Below, in pieces: positions 43,923-52,471 of a stretch of DNA of 64,000 nt. This DNA is from a virus (Duplodnaviria; Caudoviricetes): IMG/VR virus record IMGVR_UViG_3300009431_000002, positions 32,001 to 96,000 of that record. One strand, 5' to 3'. The notes below the pieces were generated by a model. The model was given only the letters and a program-made list of their open reading frames with translations. It was not told the origin of the DNA and ran no database searches. Numbering within the stretch: position 1 is the stretch's first letter; each line of letters opens with the position of its first letter. The translations under genes were made by a program, and so were the position numbers.

Positions 43923-44845
43923 AGGCCGAGATGCTCCGACACGAGCTCGAGTTCCTGATGAAGTGGCGAGACATCGACTTCGGTGTCGTCGCAGACGAGG
44001 CCGGGACCTCGTGCCTCGGCACCACCATCCAGGCGTTCGTCCAGCACCCGTCTCGCTGCCCCACCCTGCCCGGCCGTGACCTCGGCCGACTCGAGCGCTG
44101 GTCGCTCCGTGAGCGGCTGGCCGAGAAGGTCGGCCTGTCGCTGGACAACACGCGCAAGGCGGCCGACAAGCTCGGTATTCAGTGGGACGACGTGGACGAC
44201 ATGGTCCAGCGCCGCATGATGCCCCGTGGGTGGATGGTCGTCCGCCTCTACCGGGCGATCCACCTCGAAATCAACGTGATCGGCCTCGCCAACACGGCGC
44301 TCGCTGTCGTCGCAACCGGCAAGCACGAACCCCACAGGCTCCGGGAGAAGTGGGGCCTGACCCAGGACGTGCTCCGCAGCCTGCGCAAGTTCGTCGCCGC
44401 GCCCACGGTGGGCTACAACCCCTCGCTGCAGACCATCCAGCGCCTGCAGAAGTTCGCGGGGGACAACGACAAGGCCCCGAGCCAGCTGTCGCTGACCCTC
44501 ACCGACATGCCGCAGCAGGCCGCCAAGCCGAAGAAGGCGGGCCGCGTGCCGCGGCGGGCGCCGGCCAGGGAGAGGCACGCCCAGCCCAAGCAGGCCATCC
44601 GCGGCGTGCCTGAGGGCCTCAGCGGCGAGTGCCTGCAGGTGGTGTTCCGCCTCGACGTCTCCGTCCGCACGAGCGAGACTGCCTTCGACCTCAGGGATGA
44701 GGAGGATCCGCGCGCCGGCGAGCACCACGAGCAGTTCGTCAGTGGCTACCTCAGCGGGGCGAAGGCCGCGCTCGAGGCCCTGGGGCACCGGGACGTGGTT
44801 GCTTCGGCCAACGAAACGTGCTGGATGCAGGTGCTGGTGCGCTGA
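43919..44845 (+). CDS. hypothetical protein
   Basis: GGAGG, ATGA coupling. Confidence 0.7.
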   Translation: MKAEMLRHELEFLMKWRDIDFGVVADEAGTSCLGTTIQAFVQHPSRCPTLPGRDLGRLERWSLRERLAEKVGLSLDNTRKAADKLGIQWDDVDDMVQRRMMPRGWMVVRLYRAIHLEINVIGLANTALAVVATGKHEPHRLREKWGLTQDVLRSLRKFVAAPTVGYNPSLQTIQRLQKFAGDNDKAPSQLSLTLTDMPQQAAKPKKAGRVPRRAPARERHAQPKQAIRGVPEGLSGECLQVVFRLDVSVRTSETAFDLRDEEDPRAGEHHEQFVSGYLSGAKAALEALGHRDVVASANETCWMQVLVR

Positions 44846-45228
44846 TGGCAGTCATCCACCCCTTCATGCACGTCCCCACGTTCCTGGCCAAGGTCCTCGA
44901 GGAGGTCGAGGTCGACCAGACGACGTGGGAGGCCATCGCCGACGAGATGGGGCTCACGCCCCAGGACCTCGAGGACCTCGTGGTGTGGTGCCAGTCCAAG
45001 CACAAGGACACCCACCGCTTCTGCTGCTTCATGCGCCGTGCGTTCGCGCACGACGTCGAGGAGTGGGGCGTCTTCAACCCCTACGCCGACGGCGAGGCCT
45101 TCCCCGAGGAATGGAAGGAGCCCGCCGACGCCATCCGTGATGGCTGGGAGCCCTACAGCCACTCCAACTCCTCCCTCGAGGACCCACCCTGTGTGATAGA
45201 ACGTGTCTTCCTGCGGAGGCCGTGCTGA
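44845..45228 (+). CDS. hypothetical protein
   Basis: TGATG coupling. Confidence 0.65.
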   Translation: MAVIHPFMHVPTFLAKVLEEVEVDQTTWEAIADEMGLTPQDLEDLVVWCQSKHKDTHRFCCFMRRAFAHDVEEWGVFNPYADGEAFPEEWKEPADAIRDGWEPYSHSNSSLEDPPCVIERVFLRRPC

Positions 45229-46478
45229 TGGAGCTGTCCGAGAAGAAGCAATCGCTGTTCGACCTCACCCGTGAGCTGCTGGACATCGCCTGGAAGGCCG
45301 ACAAGAAGTCACCGACGTCCGTGGCGCTCGCATGCCTCTCGTCCGTGGGGGCCATGAAGACCTACGTCCAGAGCCAGGACACGCTGCAGCGGCGGGTCAG
45401 GCGCCTCGGCGTGGAGGAGGAGTACACGGCGATGCGCTCCTTCCTCTACGAGGCGCTGGTCCGCATCTGCGGCCACCCCGAGGTGGACTGGGTGAGGGGC
45501 GACAACGAACTCCACCGCTTCGACCTCAACGGCACCCACGCCTACTTCCTCAAGGCCAAGAACGAGCCCGAGGTGAAGAACGGCGCCTACCTCTCCAACA
45601 AGGAGGCGTTCGGCCGGGTCTTCCGACGCATGTTCTGGGAGAAGCAGGGCGGCGACGCCGTCACCCTGCTCACACGCAAGCACCGCTGGATGACCTTCAT
45701 CGTCCCCCACCAGTGGGTCGGCGAGGCTGGGGCCGTGGTCGGCAAGCACGACCCCGAGACCCTGCTGGAGCGCCTGCAGCCCTTCCTCGACCGGGGCATC
45801 GGCTGCACCCTCCTCATCGCCGGGCAGCCCGGCACAGGCAAGACCTCGCTGGCCCGCCGTGTGGCGGGCACACGGGGCAAGGTCCTGCGCGTCACACCCG
45901 AGGCCATGGAGCACATCCCAGCGCCCACCTTCATCGAGATCGTGGAACTCACGGCGCCCGACGTCCTGCTGCTCGACGACTTCGACCGGGCCGGGAGCTG
46001 GTGGACCACCCGCTTCCTGGAGCAGATCGAGTCCCTCAACGAGCAGGCACGGTCGACCGGGAGGCTCGTCATCGCCACGGTGAACAGCCTCAAGTCCCTC
46101 GACAGCGCCCTGAAGCGGCCCGGCCGCTTCGACATGCTCGTCGTGGTGGACCTGCCTACGGCCACGGAGCGGCGTGCCATCCTGGCCCACTACCTCGAGA
46201 AGATGGGGGTCCGTGGTGTCACCCACCAACGGCTCGTGGCGCTGGGGCGCAAGACCAAGGGCATGCCCGGGGCCTACCTCGAGCTGCTCGCCGAGCGCAT
46301 CTCCATCTACGGCGTCGAGCACATCAACCGGGAGATGGCCGACATCAAGCAGCACTTCGAGCTGTGCCACGACTTCGAGGAGTCCAAGTACATCCACGAC
46401 CTACTCAGCGGCGCCCTAGCCAAGCAACGTGAGGAGGGCGGGAGCGAGAGCGGTCCGTCGACCGTGGAGAAGGCGTGA
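45228..46478 (+). CDS. AAA+ ATPase (classical clade, BCS1-like architecture)
   Basis: GQPGTGKT, LLLDD, ATVN..LD.ALKRPGRFD. Confidence 0.88.
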   Translation: MELSEKKQSLFDLTRELLDIAWKADKKSPTSVALACLSSVGAMKTYVQSQDTLQRRVRRLGVEEEYTAMRSFLYEALVRICGHPEVDWVRGDNELHRFDLNGTHAYFLKAKNEPEVKNGAYLSNKEAFGRVFRRMFWEKQGGDAVTLLTRKHRWMTFIVPHQWVGEAGAVVGKHDPETLLERLQPFLDRGIGCTLLIAGQPGTGKTSLARRVAGTRGKVLRVTPEAMEHIPAPTFIEIVELTAPDVLLLDDFDRAGSWWTTRFLEQIESLNEQARSTGRLVIATVNSLKSLDSALKRPGRFDMLVVVDLPTATERRAILAHYLEKMGVRGVTHQRLVALGRKTKGMPGAYLELLAERISIYGVEHINREMADIKQHFELCHDFEESKYIHDLLSGALAKQREEGGSESGPSTVEKA

Positions 46479-47107
46479 GCCCCCTGCCTCCAGACTTCGA
46501 CATCCTGCAGCACATCAACCTCGCCATCGTGCCCGAGGAGCGGCCCCGAGACGAGAATGGCCTGCTACTGGGCACAGCGAGGTTCTGGGTGGCGACGCAG
46601 GGCATGGCGAAGTTCAGCCGGCCCGAGCTGGAGATGCGCTACCTGCACTTCCTGTCCGTGCCCCAGGCCCTCCAGACCCTCGGCACCCTCGCCCACCACA
46701 GCGTGGCCGTGAACCCCATCCGGCCTGGTCAGCAGATCAAGGACGTGACGGGGTTCACCCCCTGCTACCTGCAGGGCGTGGCGACCGACAACCCCTTCTG
46801 GAAGGGCAAGGGCGTGCAGTGCGTGCGGCTCGTGGTCGTGCGCATCGAGTTCCACGCCTGCGGGCAGTGCGGCACCAAGAGCGGTGACGCAGCAGTGGGC
46901 GAGGGCATCGCCGTCGACCCAGAGTTCATGTCCGCCTTGGTGCTGGTCCACGGCCTCGGCTGTCCCGACGACGAGCAGGACGCCGTGGACTTCTGGGCGC
47001 CCATCCTCGCCGACACGTTCCCCTGGCCAGACGACAAGATCGAGCGGCTGTGCCGCACGATCCACCGCAACATCGTTGCGAAGCACGGTGAGTCCGGGGG
47101 AGGATGA
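46475..47107 (+). CDS. hypothetical protein
   Basis: GTGA coupling. Confidence 0.65.
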   Translation: MSPLPPDFDILQHINLAIVPEERPRDENGLLLGTARFWVATQGMAKFSRPELEMRYLHFLSVPQALQTLGTLAHHSVAVNPIRPGQQIKDVTGFTPCYLQGVATDNPFWKGKGVQCVRLVVVRIEFHACGQCGTKSGDAAVGEGIAVDPEFMSALVLVHGLGCPDDEQDAVDFWAPILADTFPWPDDKIERLCRTIHRNIVAKHGESGGG

Positions 47108-47136
47108 ATTTCGACCCGGGGCTACTGCACGACGAT

Positions 47137-47478
47137 TCAGCGGCGGCCCCGATTGGAGCTCCCCTCTTGGCGCTTCGGCGCACGGGGACCCCCTCCCCCG
47201 GGTGAGGGAGGGGAGCTCCTCTTTAGCCTGGGAAGCTGCAGCATCTTGAGCATCAGGGCAGCGAGGCCCGGACGCTTCTTCTCCGGTGGCGTGCAGATCC
47301 GCAGCCTGTCCCCGGGCTTGGGCGTGCGGTGGGTCGGGAACCGCACCCACGTACTGCCGTTCCACACCTGGACGCCGAACTTGGCCGCCTCAGGCATCCA
47401 GCCGAGCTGGTGCAGGACGAGGTTCAGCGGCCGCGCAGGGATCTCACGGGTCTGCCCACGGTTCGTGATGGTCGTCAT
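47137..47478 (-). CDS. possible ThiS/MoaD-like beta-grasp protein with a basic extension
   Basis: ITNRGQTREI..PLNLVLHQLG...VQV.N...PKPGDRLRI. Confidence 0.4.
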   Translation of the reverse strand: MTTITNRGQTREIPARPLNLVLHQLGWMPEAAKFGVQVWNGSTWVRFPTHRTPKPGDRLRICTPPEKKRPGLAALMLKMLQLPRLKRSSPPSPGGGGPRAPKRQEGSSNRGRR

Positions 47479-47687
47479 GCCTCGGCTGCCCCGGGGTAGA
47501 GGTGATCGAGGAGCTCGGGATGCAGCCGCAGGAGGTTGACGAGCGCCGGGGCGAAGGTCGCTGCCGCCAGGCGCGCCGCCAGGTCCTCGGCGAAGCCCTC
47601 GGGGCAGTCGTCGATGGTCTCCTGCAGCGTACGCTCCAGCAGTGGCGACACTGTGTCGGCGAACGCCGTGTGCAGGGGGTCGGTCAT
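47475..47687 (-). CDS. hypothetical protein
   Basis: ATGA coupling. Confidence 0.6.
   Translation of the reverse strand: MTDPLHTAFADTVSPLLERTLQETIDDCPEGFAEDLAARLAAATFAPALVNLLRLHPELLDHLYPGAAEA
47646..47658. repeat. palindrome CGACACTGTGTCG (copy 4, intragenic)
   Basis: exact 13-bp core. Confidence 0.7.
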
Positions 47688-48022
47688 CGTAGTCCGAACG
47701 CATCCGGGTGCAGGGCGAACCCGTTGACGTACTGGCCGGTCGAGTCCTCGAGGGTCAGGTAGAGGATCACGTCCTCCACGTTGAAGCCCACCTGGATGTC
47801 GCCGTTGATCACACGCTCCAGGTAGGACGTGACGGCCTCTGCGAGGGCCTTGGGCTCTGCGATGTGGCCCTCGTCCGTGAGCTTGAAGGCCGGCAGCACG
47901 TCTCGCTCGAGCAACCGCCGCACATGGAGTGAACGAACCTCACCAGCGGGCATGCGCTGGTCAACAGCGCCGCCGTCGATGGCAACTACCTTCCTGGGCG
48001 CAGGCTCAGGACGTGTCCGCAT
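47684..48022 (-). CDS. hypothetical protein
   Basis: GGAGG RBS. Confidence 0.7.
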   Translation of the reverse strand: MRTRPEPAPRKVVAIDGGAVDQRMPAGEVRSLHVRRLLERDVLPAFKLTDEGHIAEPKALAEAVTSYLERVINGDIQVGFNVEDVILYLTLEDSTGQYVNGFALHPDAFGLR

Positions 48023-48025
48023 GAG

Positions 48026-49021
48026 CTACACCTCCACTTCGGGGGTTTCTGGAACACCCACCGCTTCATCATCCCGCCGCACTGAGGGCATCGGCGCGTC
48101 ACCGGCGCGCCTTTCCGGCATCACCCCCGTGGGAGCGGGCGCTTCGTCCGTCGTTTCTTGCTTCGCACTGGCTCTCCTTGCGTTGCGGGCGGCCAACCTG
48201 TCGCTGAACGATGTCGGCAGCCTCGTCGGCGCCACCGCAGGGCCTGCGGGACGCCTCGGGGTCACTGTAGCAGGGTTCTGGACGTCCACGTCGGCCAAAC
48301 GAGCCCGTTCAGCCCTCTGTAGGCGTGCCCGACGGGCCCTGTCGGCCGTCGTGAGGCCGCGGAAGGCACTCCCACGGCCGTAGATGGCCCCCAAGGTGTC
48401 CACAGGGACGCCTTTGAAGCCTCGACCGAGCATCTCGGCGACCAGACGCTGGTCCTCACCACGTCCAGGGGTCCACCAGATGCCCGACTTGGCCCCCACG
48501 ACGCCTGCGCGGTGCATCAACTCGTCCGGGATGACCGTCCCGAGCTGCCAGGGGATGCCCGGACCGAACTTGGGCTCGGCCACGAGCCGCTCGTGGACCG
48601 AGTTCTCCCAGTCCGGGCCCTGGTTGCGCACGAACATGGTCCTGGACCAGCAGAAGTCGATGTCTGGGCGGGCGTCCATCACCTTCACCCGGTGCTCGAG
48701 GGCCCAGGGGGTCATCACGTCGTCGTCATCGAGGTAGGCGATGTACTTGCCCTTGGCGATCTTGACGCCCTCGTTGCGCTGCAGGCCCCCTGAGATGCCC
48801 AGGGCCACTGGGAGCCGCAGAACACGCAGCCTGGGGTCGTACTTGCGCAGGATCTCGAGGATGTCGGCCGTGTGGTCGGTCGTGGCGTCGTCGACGACAA
48901 TCACCTCGATGTCCTGCAGCGTCTGGCCGAGGCACGAGAGCACGGCGCCCGCCATGATGCGGTCGCGTGACTCGCCCGGCGGGCCTCCAGTGGGGATGAT
49001 GACGCTGGCTACGACGTTCAA
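48026..49021 (-). CDS. GT2 glycosyltransferase with a basic/disordered tail
   Basis: SVIIPT, QTLQDIEVIVVDDATTD, RNEGVKIAKGKYIAYLDDDD; TTG start after GGAG. Confidence 0.88.
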   Translation of the reverse strand: MNVVASVIIPTGGPPGESRDRIMAGAVLSCLGQTLQDIEVIVVDDATTDHTADILEILRKYDPRLRVLRLPVALGISGGLQRNEGVKIAKGKYIAYLDDDDVMTPWALEHRVKVMDARPDIDFCWSRTMFVRNQGPDWENSVHERLVAEPKFGPGIPWQLGTVIPDELMHRAGVVGAKSGIWWTPGRGEDQRLVAEMLGRGFKGVPVDTLGAIYGRGSAFRGLTTADRARRARLQRAERARLADVDVQNPATVTPRRPAGPAVAPTRLPTSFSDRLAARNARRASAKQETTDEAPAPTGVMPERRAGDAPMPSVRRDDEAVGVPETPEVEV

Positions 49022-49653
49022 CGAGCTCTCCTGGTGCGCGCCGGCTGCCGGCGGCCGCGCTGGGGTGGGCCAGCTTGGCCGGCCCGGCGGAAGACCAGGA
49101 GGTTGTCGCAGAAGTAGTGCACCACGCCCTTGGAGCGCCAGTCGCGGACCCACCGCTGCATCACGGTGGTCTGCAGCTGGAACCCTCGACGCTCGAAGTG
49201 CCCGATCCAGTGGTCCGCGGGCATGAGATTGACGTGGTGGTGGCCGGGCTGTCCAGGAGGGGCGGCCGAGAAGACCAGCCAGTCCTTGGCGTGCCGCGCG
49301 ATGGTGTGGCAGGCGATGTCCGCCGTGTGGGCGGGCAGGTGCTCCAAGACCTCCATGCAGATGACCACGTCGACCTGCAGCCGGAGGTCCAGAGCCCTGG
49401 TGAGGTCGTGGATGTGGACCGGAGTGCCGGGATCCGCGAAGTCGAGGGCATGCGACGAGCCGTCGACGCCTGCGGCATCGCACCTGCGCTTGCGCAAGGC
49501 GTTGATGACACCGCAGGGGCCGCAGCCGATGTCCAGGGCGACCTTCGGCTTGATGTGCCGGGCGATGGTGTCGGCGATGACCACGGAGGAGTGCCGCTCC
49601 GTGGCGGCCACGGCCTCCATCCACTCCTTCGTGTACAGGTCGTTGAGGCTCAT
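49018..49653 (-). CDS. class I SAM methyltransferase (glycan-associated type)
   Basis: ALDIGCG, GVDGS, DVVICMEVLEHLP, FSAAPPGQPGHHHVN. Confidence 0.85.
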   Translation of the reverse strand: MSLNDLYTKEWMEAVAATERHSSVVIADTIARHIKPKVALDIGCGPCGVINALRKRRCDAAGVDGSSHALDFADPGTPVHIHDLTRALDLRLQVDVVICMEVLEHLPAHTADIACHTIARHAKDWLVFSAAPPGQPGHHHVNLMPADHWIGHFERRGFQLQTTVMQRWVRDWRSKGVVHYFCDNLLVFRRAGQAGPPQRGRRQPARTRRAR

Positions 49654-50351
49654 GCCTTCCTCGTCGGTGCGGGTGGGCAGCGCAGCCGCGGCTTCACCGG
49701 CGCGGGCTGGATCGGTGGCGGCGACGGCGGCCCGTCCCACCAAGTCCTGGTGTAGTCGACCTCCGGCGTGTGGATCCAGACGTTGGGCACGGGCTGGTCC
49801 ACCTCGTGGTCGAAGTGGGCGTGGACTGCGTCCCTCACGTCCGGCCAGTGGTAGTCGTGGCCGGCGATCACACGCGTCTTGGGCGACCAGTCTCGGATGT
49901 CCTGGTCCACAGCGGCGTTGGAGTGGTCCCCGTCGATGAAGACCATGTCGGCGAGCACAGGCACGTGCTTCACGGCCTCGTGGGAGGTCATCTTCAACAT
50001 CACGACGGGCACCTCGAACGCCGCAGCCAGCTGCTGGAAGGTGCGGTAAGCCCACGCGTCCTCCCAGGGGTCGATGGCGTACACGCACTCCAGGCACGGG
50101 GCGTCGAGGACGTAGCTGAGGCTGAGACCGGCGTGGACGCCGATCTCGACGAGCGTGCGGACCTGGTGCTCCAGGATCGTCCGGCGGTACCACTCCCCTT
50201 GCTGGTCGTCGAACCAGCCGGAGGTCTGTACGCCTCGGACGGTCCGGCTCAGCGCAGGTCCCAGCGGAGCGAGGGCACGGCGTCCACCAGCTCCACGTCC
50301 TCGAAGTCCAGGCCGCAGCCCTCGTAGTCGATGGTCACGCCCGGGAACCAC
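49650..50351 (-). CDS. Methyltransf_24-type methyltransferase (start uncertain)
   Basis: LVEIGVHAG, AIDPW, DMVFIDGDHS, IAGHDY. Confidence 0.8.
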   Translation of the reverse strand: MVPGRDHRLRGLRPGLRGRGAGGRRALAPLGPALSRTVRGVQTSGWFDDQQGEWYRRTILEHQVRTLVEIGVHAGLSLSYVLDAPCLECVYAIDPWEDAWAYRTFQQLAAAFEVPVVMLKMTSHEAVKHVPVLADMVFIDGDHSNAAVDQDIRDWSPKTRVIAGHDYHWPDVRDAVHAHFDHEVDQPVPNVWIHTPEVDYTRTWWDGPPSPPPIQPAPVKPRLRCPPAPTRKA

Positions 50352-50959
50352 ACCTGCCCCTCACCAGCGGCCACCGCCAGTACCGTGTCGGTGATGAAGG
50401 ACTCCAGTCCCTGGGTGTCGTCTCCGAGGATCCCCATCCAGATCTCCGCCTGGATGCAAGCCGGGCCCTCGGGCTCCTGGTTCGACATGATGAAGAGCTT
50501 CACAGTGCCCACCGCGGCCGGCACCGTGGACTGCATCACGAGGATCACCTGCTCGTTTGGCTCCACCGGCGGCCACGGGTCGGGCACGTCGTGCATCTCG
50601 AAGCAGCGGTGGACGTCGATGATGCCGCCCTCGAGCGTCAGGTGGCCGTCGGGGTTCACCGCCTCGTCCTTGATGGGGTCCACCCAGGCCGCTGCGATGG
50701 TCAAGGCGCCCTTGGACGGGTCCGCAGCCATGCAGGGGTCGAAGCTGGGCTCGGTGCTCACCGTGGCCCAGGCCTCGGCGAGCTCGATGCCGTACACGGC
50801 CGTCTCGAAGCTCAGCTCGAGGTTGTCGGCGAACTTCTCCGGGTCCATCGGCTCGTCGGGCTGCTGTTCGCCGCCGGTCTCCGCCGGAGTGCGGCAGTCG
50901 GTGTTGCCCATCAGCATGGCCAGCGCGGCCAGCAGCAGGATCTGTGCGAGTCGTCTCAT
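50249..50959 (-). CDS. predicted secreted protein or lipoprotein
   Basis: MRRLAQILLLAALAMLMGNTDC signal; acidic mature part. Confidence 0.7.
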   Translation of the reverse strand: MRRLAQILLLAALAMLMGNTDCRTPAETGGEQQPDEPMDPEKFADNLELSFETAVYGIELAEAWATVSTEPSFDPCMAADPSKGALTIAAAWVDPIKDEAVNPDGHLTLEGGIIDVHRCFEMHDVPDPWPPVEPNEQVILVMQSTVPAAVGTVKLFIMSNQEPEGPACIQAEIWMGILGDDTQGLESFITDTVLAVAAGEGQVWFPGVTIDYEGCGLDFEDVELVDAVPSLRWDLR

Positions 50960-51054
50960 CGTCCCTTCCTCCCTTTGGGCTTCTCGCCCTTCTTTGTGGT
51001 CTTCTTCACGCGCGCCTTCTTGCGCTTCTTGCTCCCCAAGCGGCGGTGCTTCAC
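50956..51054 (-). CDS. 32-aa Lys/Arg-rich microprotein
   Basis: translated by hand: MKHRRLGSKKRKKARVKKTTKKGEKPKGRKGR; 4-nt overlaps at both ends. Confidence 0.6.
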   Translation of the reverse strand: MKHRRLGSKKRKKARVKKTTKKGEKPKGRKGR

Positions 51055-51455
51055 TCGGGCACCTCGCCGGCGGAGTCGTCATCGTCAAAGTAGCCCAGGG
51101 ACTCTGCCCACATGGCGTCCCCTTCCGTCGGTGGGTAGTGGGCGTCTTCCTCCCACTCCCAGGGGGTGTCGTAGTAGCCCATGTCGTCGAGCAGGAAGTC
51201 GTCGCGGCTGTCCCCGCGCGTCTGGATCCAGGCGTAGACGCACACGCCCATGAGCGCCACGCCGCAGACAGAGACCATGATCAGCGAGACGCCCTTCACA
51301 CTGAAGAACTTCCCGATCTTCACTTCGCCGACCGACTCGTCCTTGCCGAAGATGGCGAGGAGGAAGCATCCGAGCGCACCCAGGAAGGTGAGCGTGGCGC
51401 CCATGCAGGTACCGGCGAGCAGGAAGATGAAGGTCTCGCTATACCACATCACCAC
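51051..51455 (-). CDS. two-TM membrane protein with an acidic tail
   Basis: two hydrophobic helices. Confidence 0.65.
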   Translation of the reverse strand: MVMWYSETFIFLLAGTCMGATLTFLGALGCFLLAIFGKDESVGEVKIGKFFSVKGVSLIMVSVCGVALMGVCVYAWIQTRGDSRDDFLLDDMGYYDTPWEWEEDAHYPPTEGDAMWAESLGYFDDDDSAGEVPE

Positions 51456-51988
51456 CTCAGCGTGAGGGCGGGCTCCATCGTAGCAGGCTCGTCCTGTGCG
51501 TTGTCCACCAGGGCCACGATGAGGACGGTGACTGCGACGCCGATGCCCACGCCCACACCGAAGAGGATGGGCATGCCCTTCTCAGCGCGGTAGGCCCTGA
51601 GCTCGGCCTTCTCGACCTTCTGCTGCAGAGCGTCGATCTGGATGCCGGTGCCGGTCTCGATGCGCTCCCGGAGCTCCGACTCCTCCGCGTAGAGCGTTCT
51701 GTACTTGGTGTGCCCCGCGGCGTCCTCGATGGTGAGGTCGAAGGCCGTGTCGCCGAACAACGAGCCGAAGTACCACATGCCGGGCACGCAGTCCTGGCTC
51801 TCGTGGGGCACCTCTGGGCAGCGGACGACCGTAGGGAACGGGCCGAACCCATCCAGGATGGGGTCGTCTACAGCGCCCGTCCCCACGGTCTCTCCGTAGT
51901 CTGCTTCCTGGGCCTGGCAGGGCCAGGCGGCGATGACCATGCAGGTCACGGCAACAGCGAGCATGATCACGGCTGCGCGAAAGGTCAT
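51449..51988 (-). CDS. signal peptide plus C-terminal TM protein (lysis cassette, spanin-like?)
   Basis: N-terminal signal, coiled coil, PILFGVGVGIGVAV TM. Confidence 0.6.
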   Translation of the reverse strand: MTFRAAVIMLAVAVTCMVIAAWPCQAQEADYGETVGTGAVDDPILDGFGPFPTVVRCPEVPHESQDCVPGMWYFGSLFGDTAFDLTIEDAAGHTKYRTLYAEESELRERIETGTGIQIDALQQKVEKAELRAYRAEKGMPILFGVGVGIGVAVTVLIVALVDNAQDEPATMEPALTLRW

Positions 51989-52377
51989 GGTCCCTGCCTC
52001 GCCTTCTCCAGCAGCATCCGCTTGCGCAGGTGCCGGTCGAACACGTCGCTGGACTGGTTGATCTCCTCCAGCTTCGTCGTCACCTGGTCGTGGGCCCAGG
52101 TCGCCTCTCGCTTCTTGACCTCGGCCTCGAGCTTGGCGTCGATGATCGACTCCTTGGCTCCCTCGATGACCTTGTCCAGCGGGTCGTCGCGCTTCACCGA
52201 CCCTCCCCTGCGCCCCAGGACCACCAGGACGAGCACGAGGAGGCTGACTGCGATGACGACGAAGGCCGGCCACCACGTCTTGATGAACGGACGAGTGGCC
52301 GGGAGGGCGTAGAGCACGCCGATGGCCGCGCAAACGCTGATGGCGGCGGCGATGAGGACAATGGCCCAGGGATCCAT
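51985..52377 (-). CDS. two-TM plus coiled-coil protein (holin or i-spanin candidate)
   Basis: position after the endolysin and predicted topology. Confidence 0.55.
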   Translation of the reverse strand: MDPWAIVLIAAAISVCAAIGVLYALPATRPFIKTWWPAFVVIAVSLLVLVLVVLGRRGGSVKRDDPLDKVIEGAKESIIDAKLEAEVKKREATWAHDQVTTKLEEINQSSDVFDRHLRKRMLLEKARQGP

Positions 52378-52448
52378 CAGCTCACTCCAATCCAGACCAG
52401 GAGACCGAGGACCAAGGCAGCCCAGAACTCCAGGCTGCCGAGGTCCAC
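52377..52448 (-). CDS. 23-aa single-TM micropeptide
   Basis: translated by hand: MDLGSLEFWAALVLGLLVWIGVS; TGATG coupling to the next gene. Confidence 0.45.
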   Translation of the reverse strand: MDLGSLEFWAALVLGLLVWIGVS

Positions 52449-52471
52449 GTCCCCTGGCAGGTACTCCAGCA

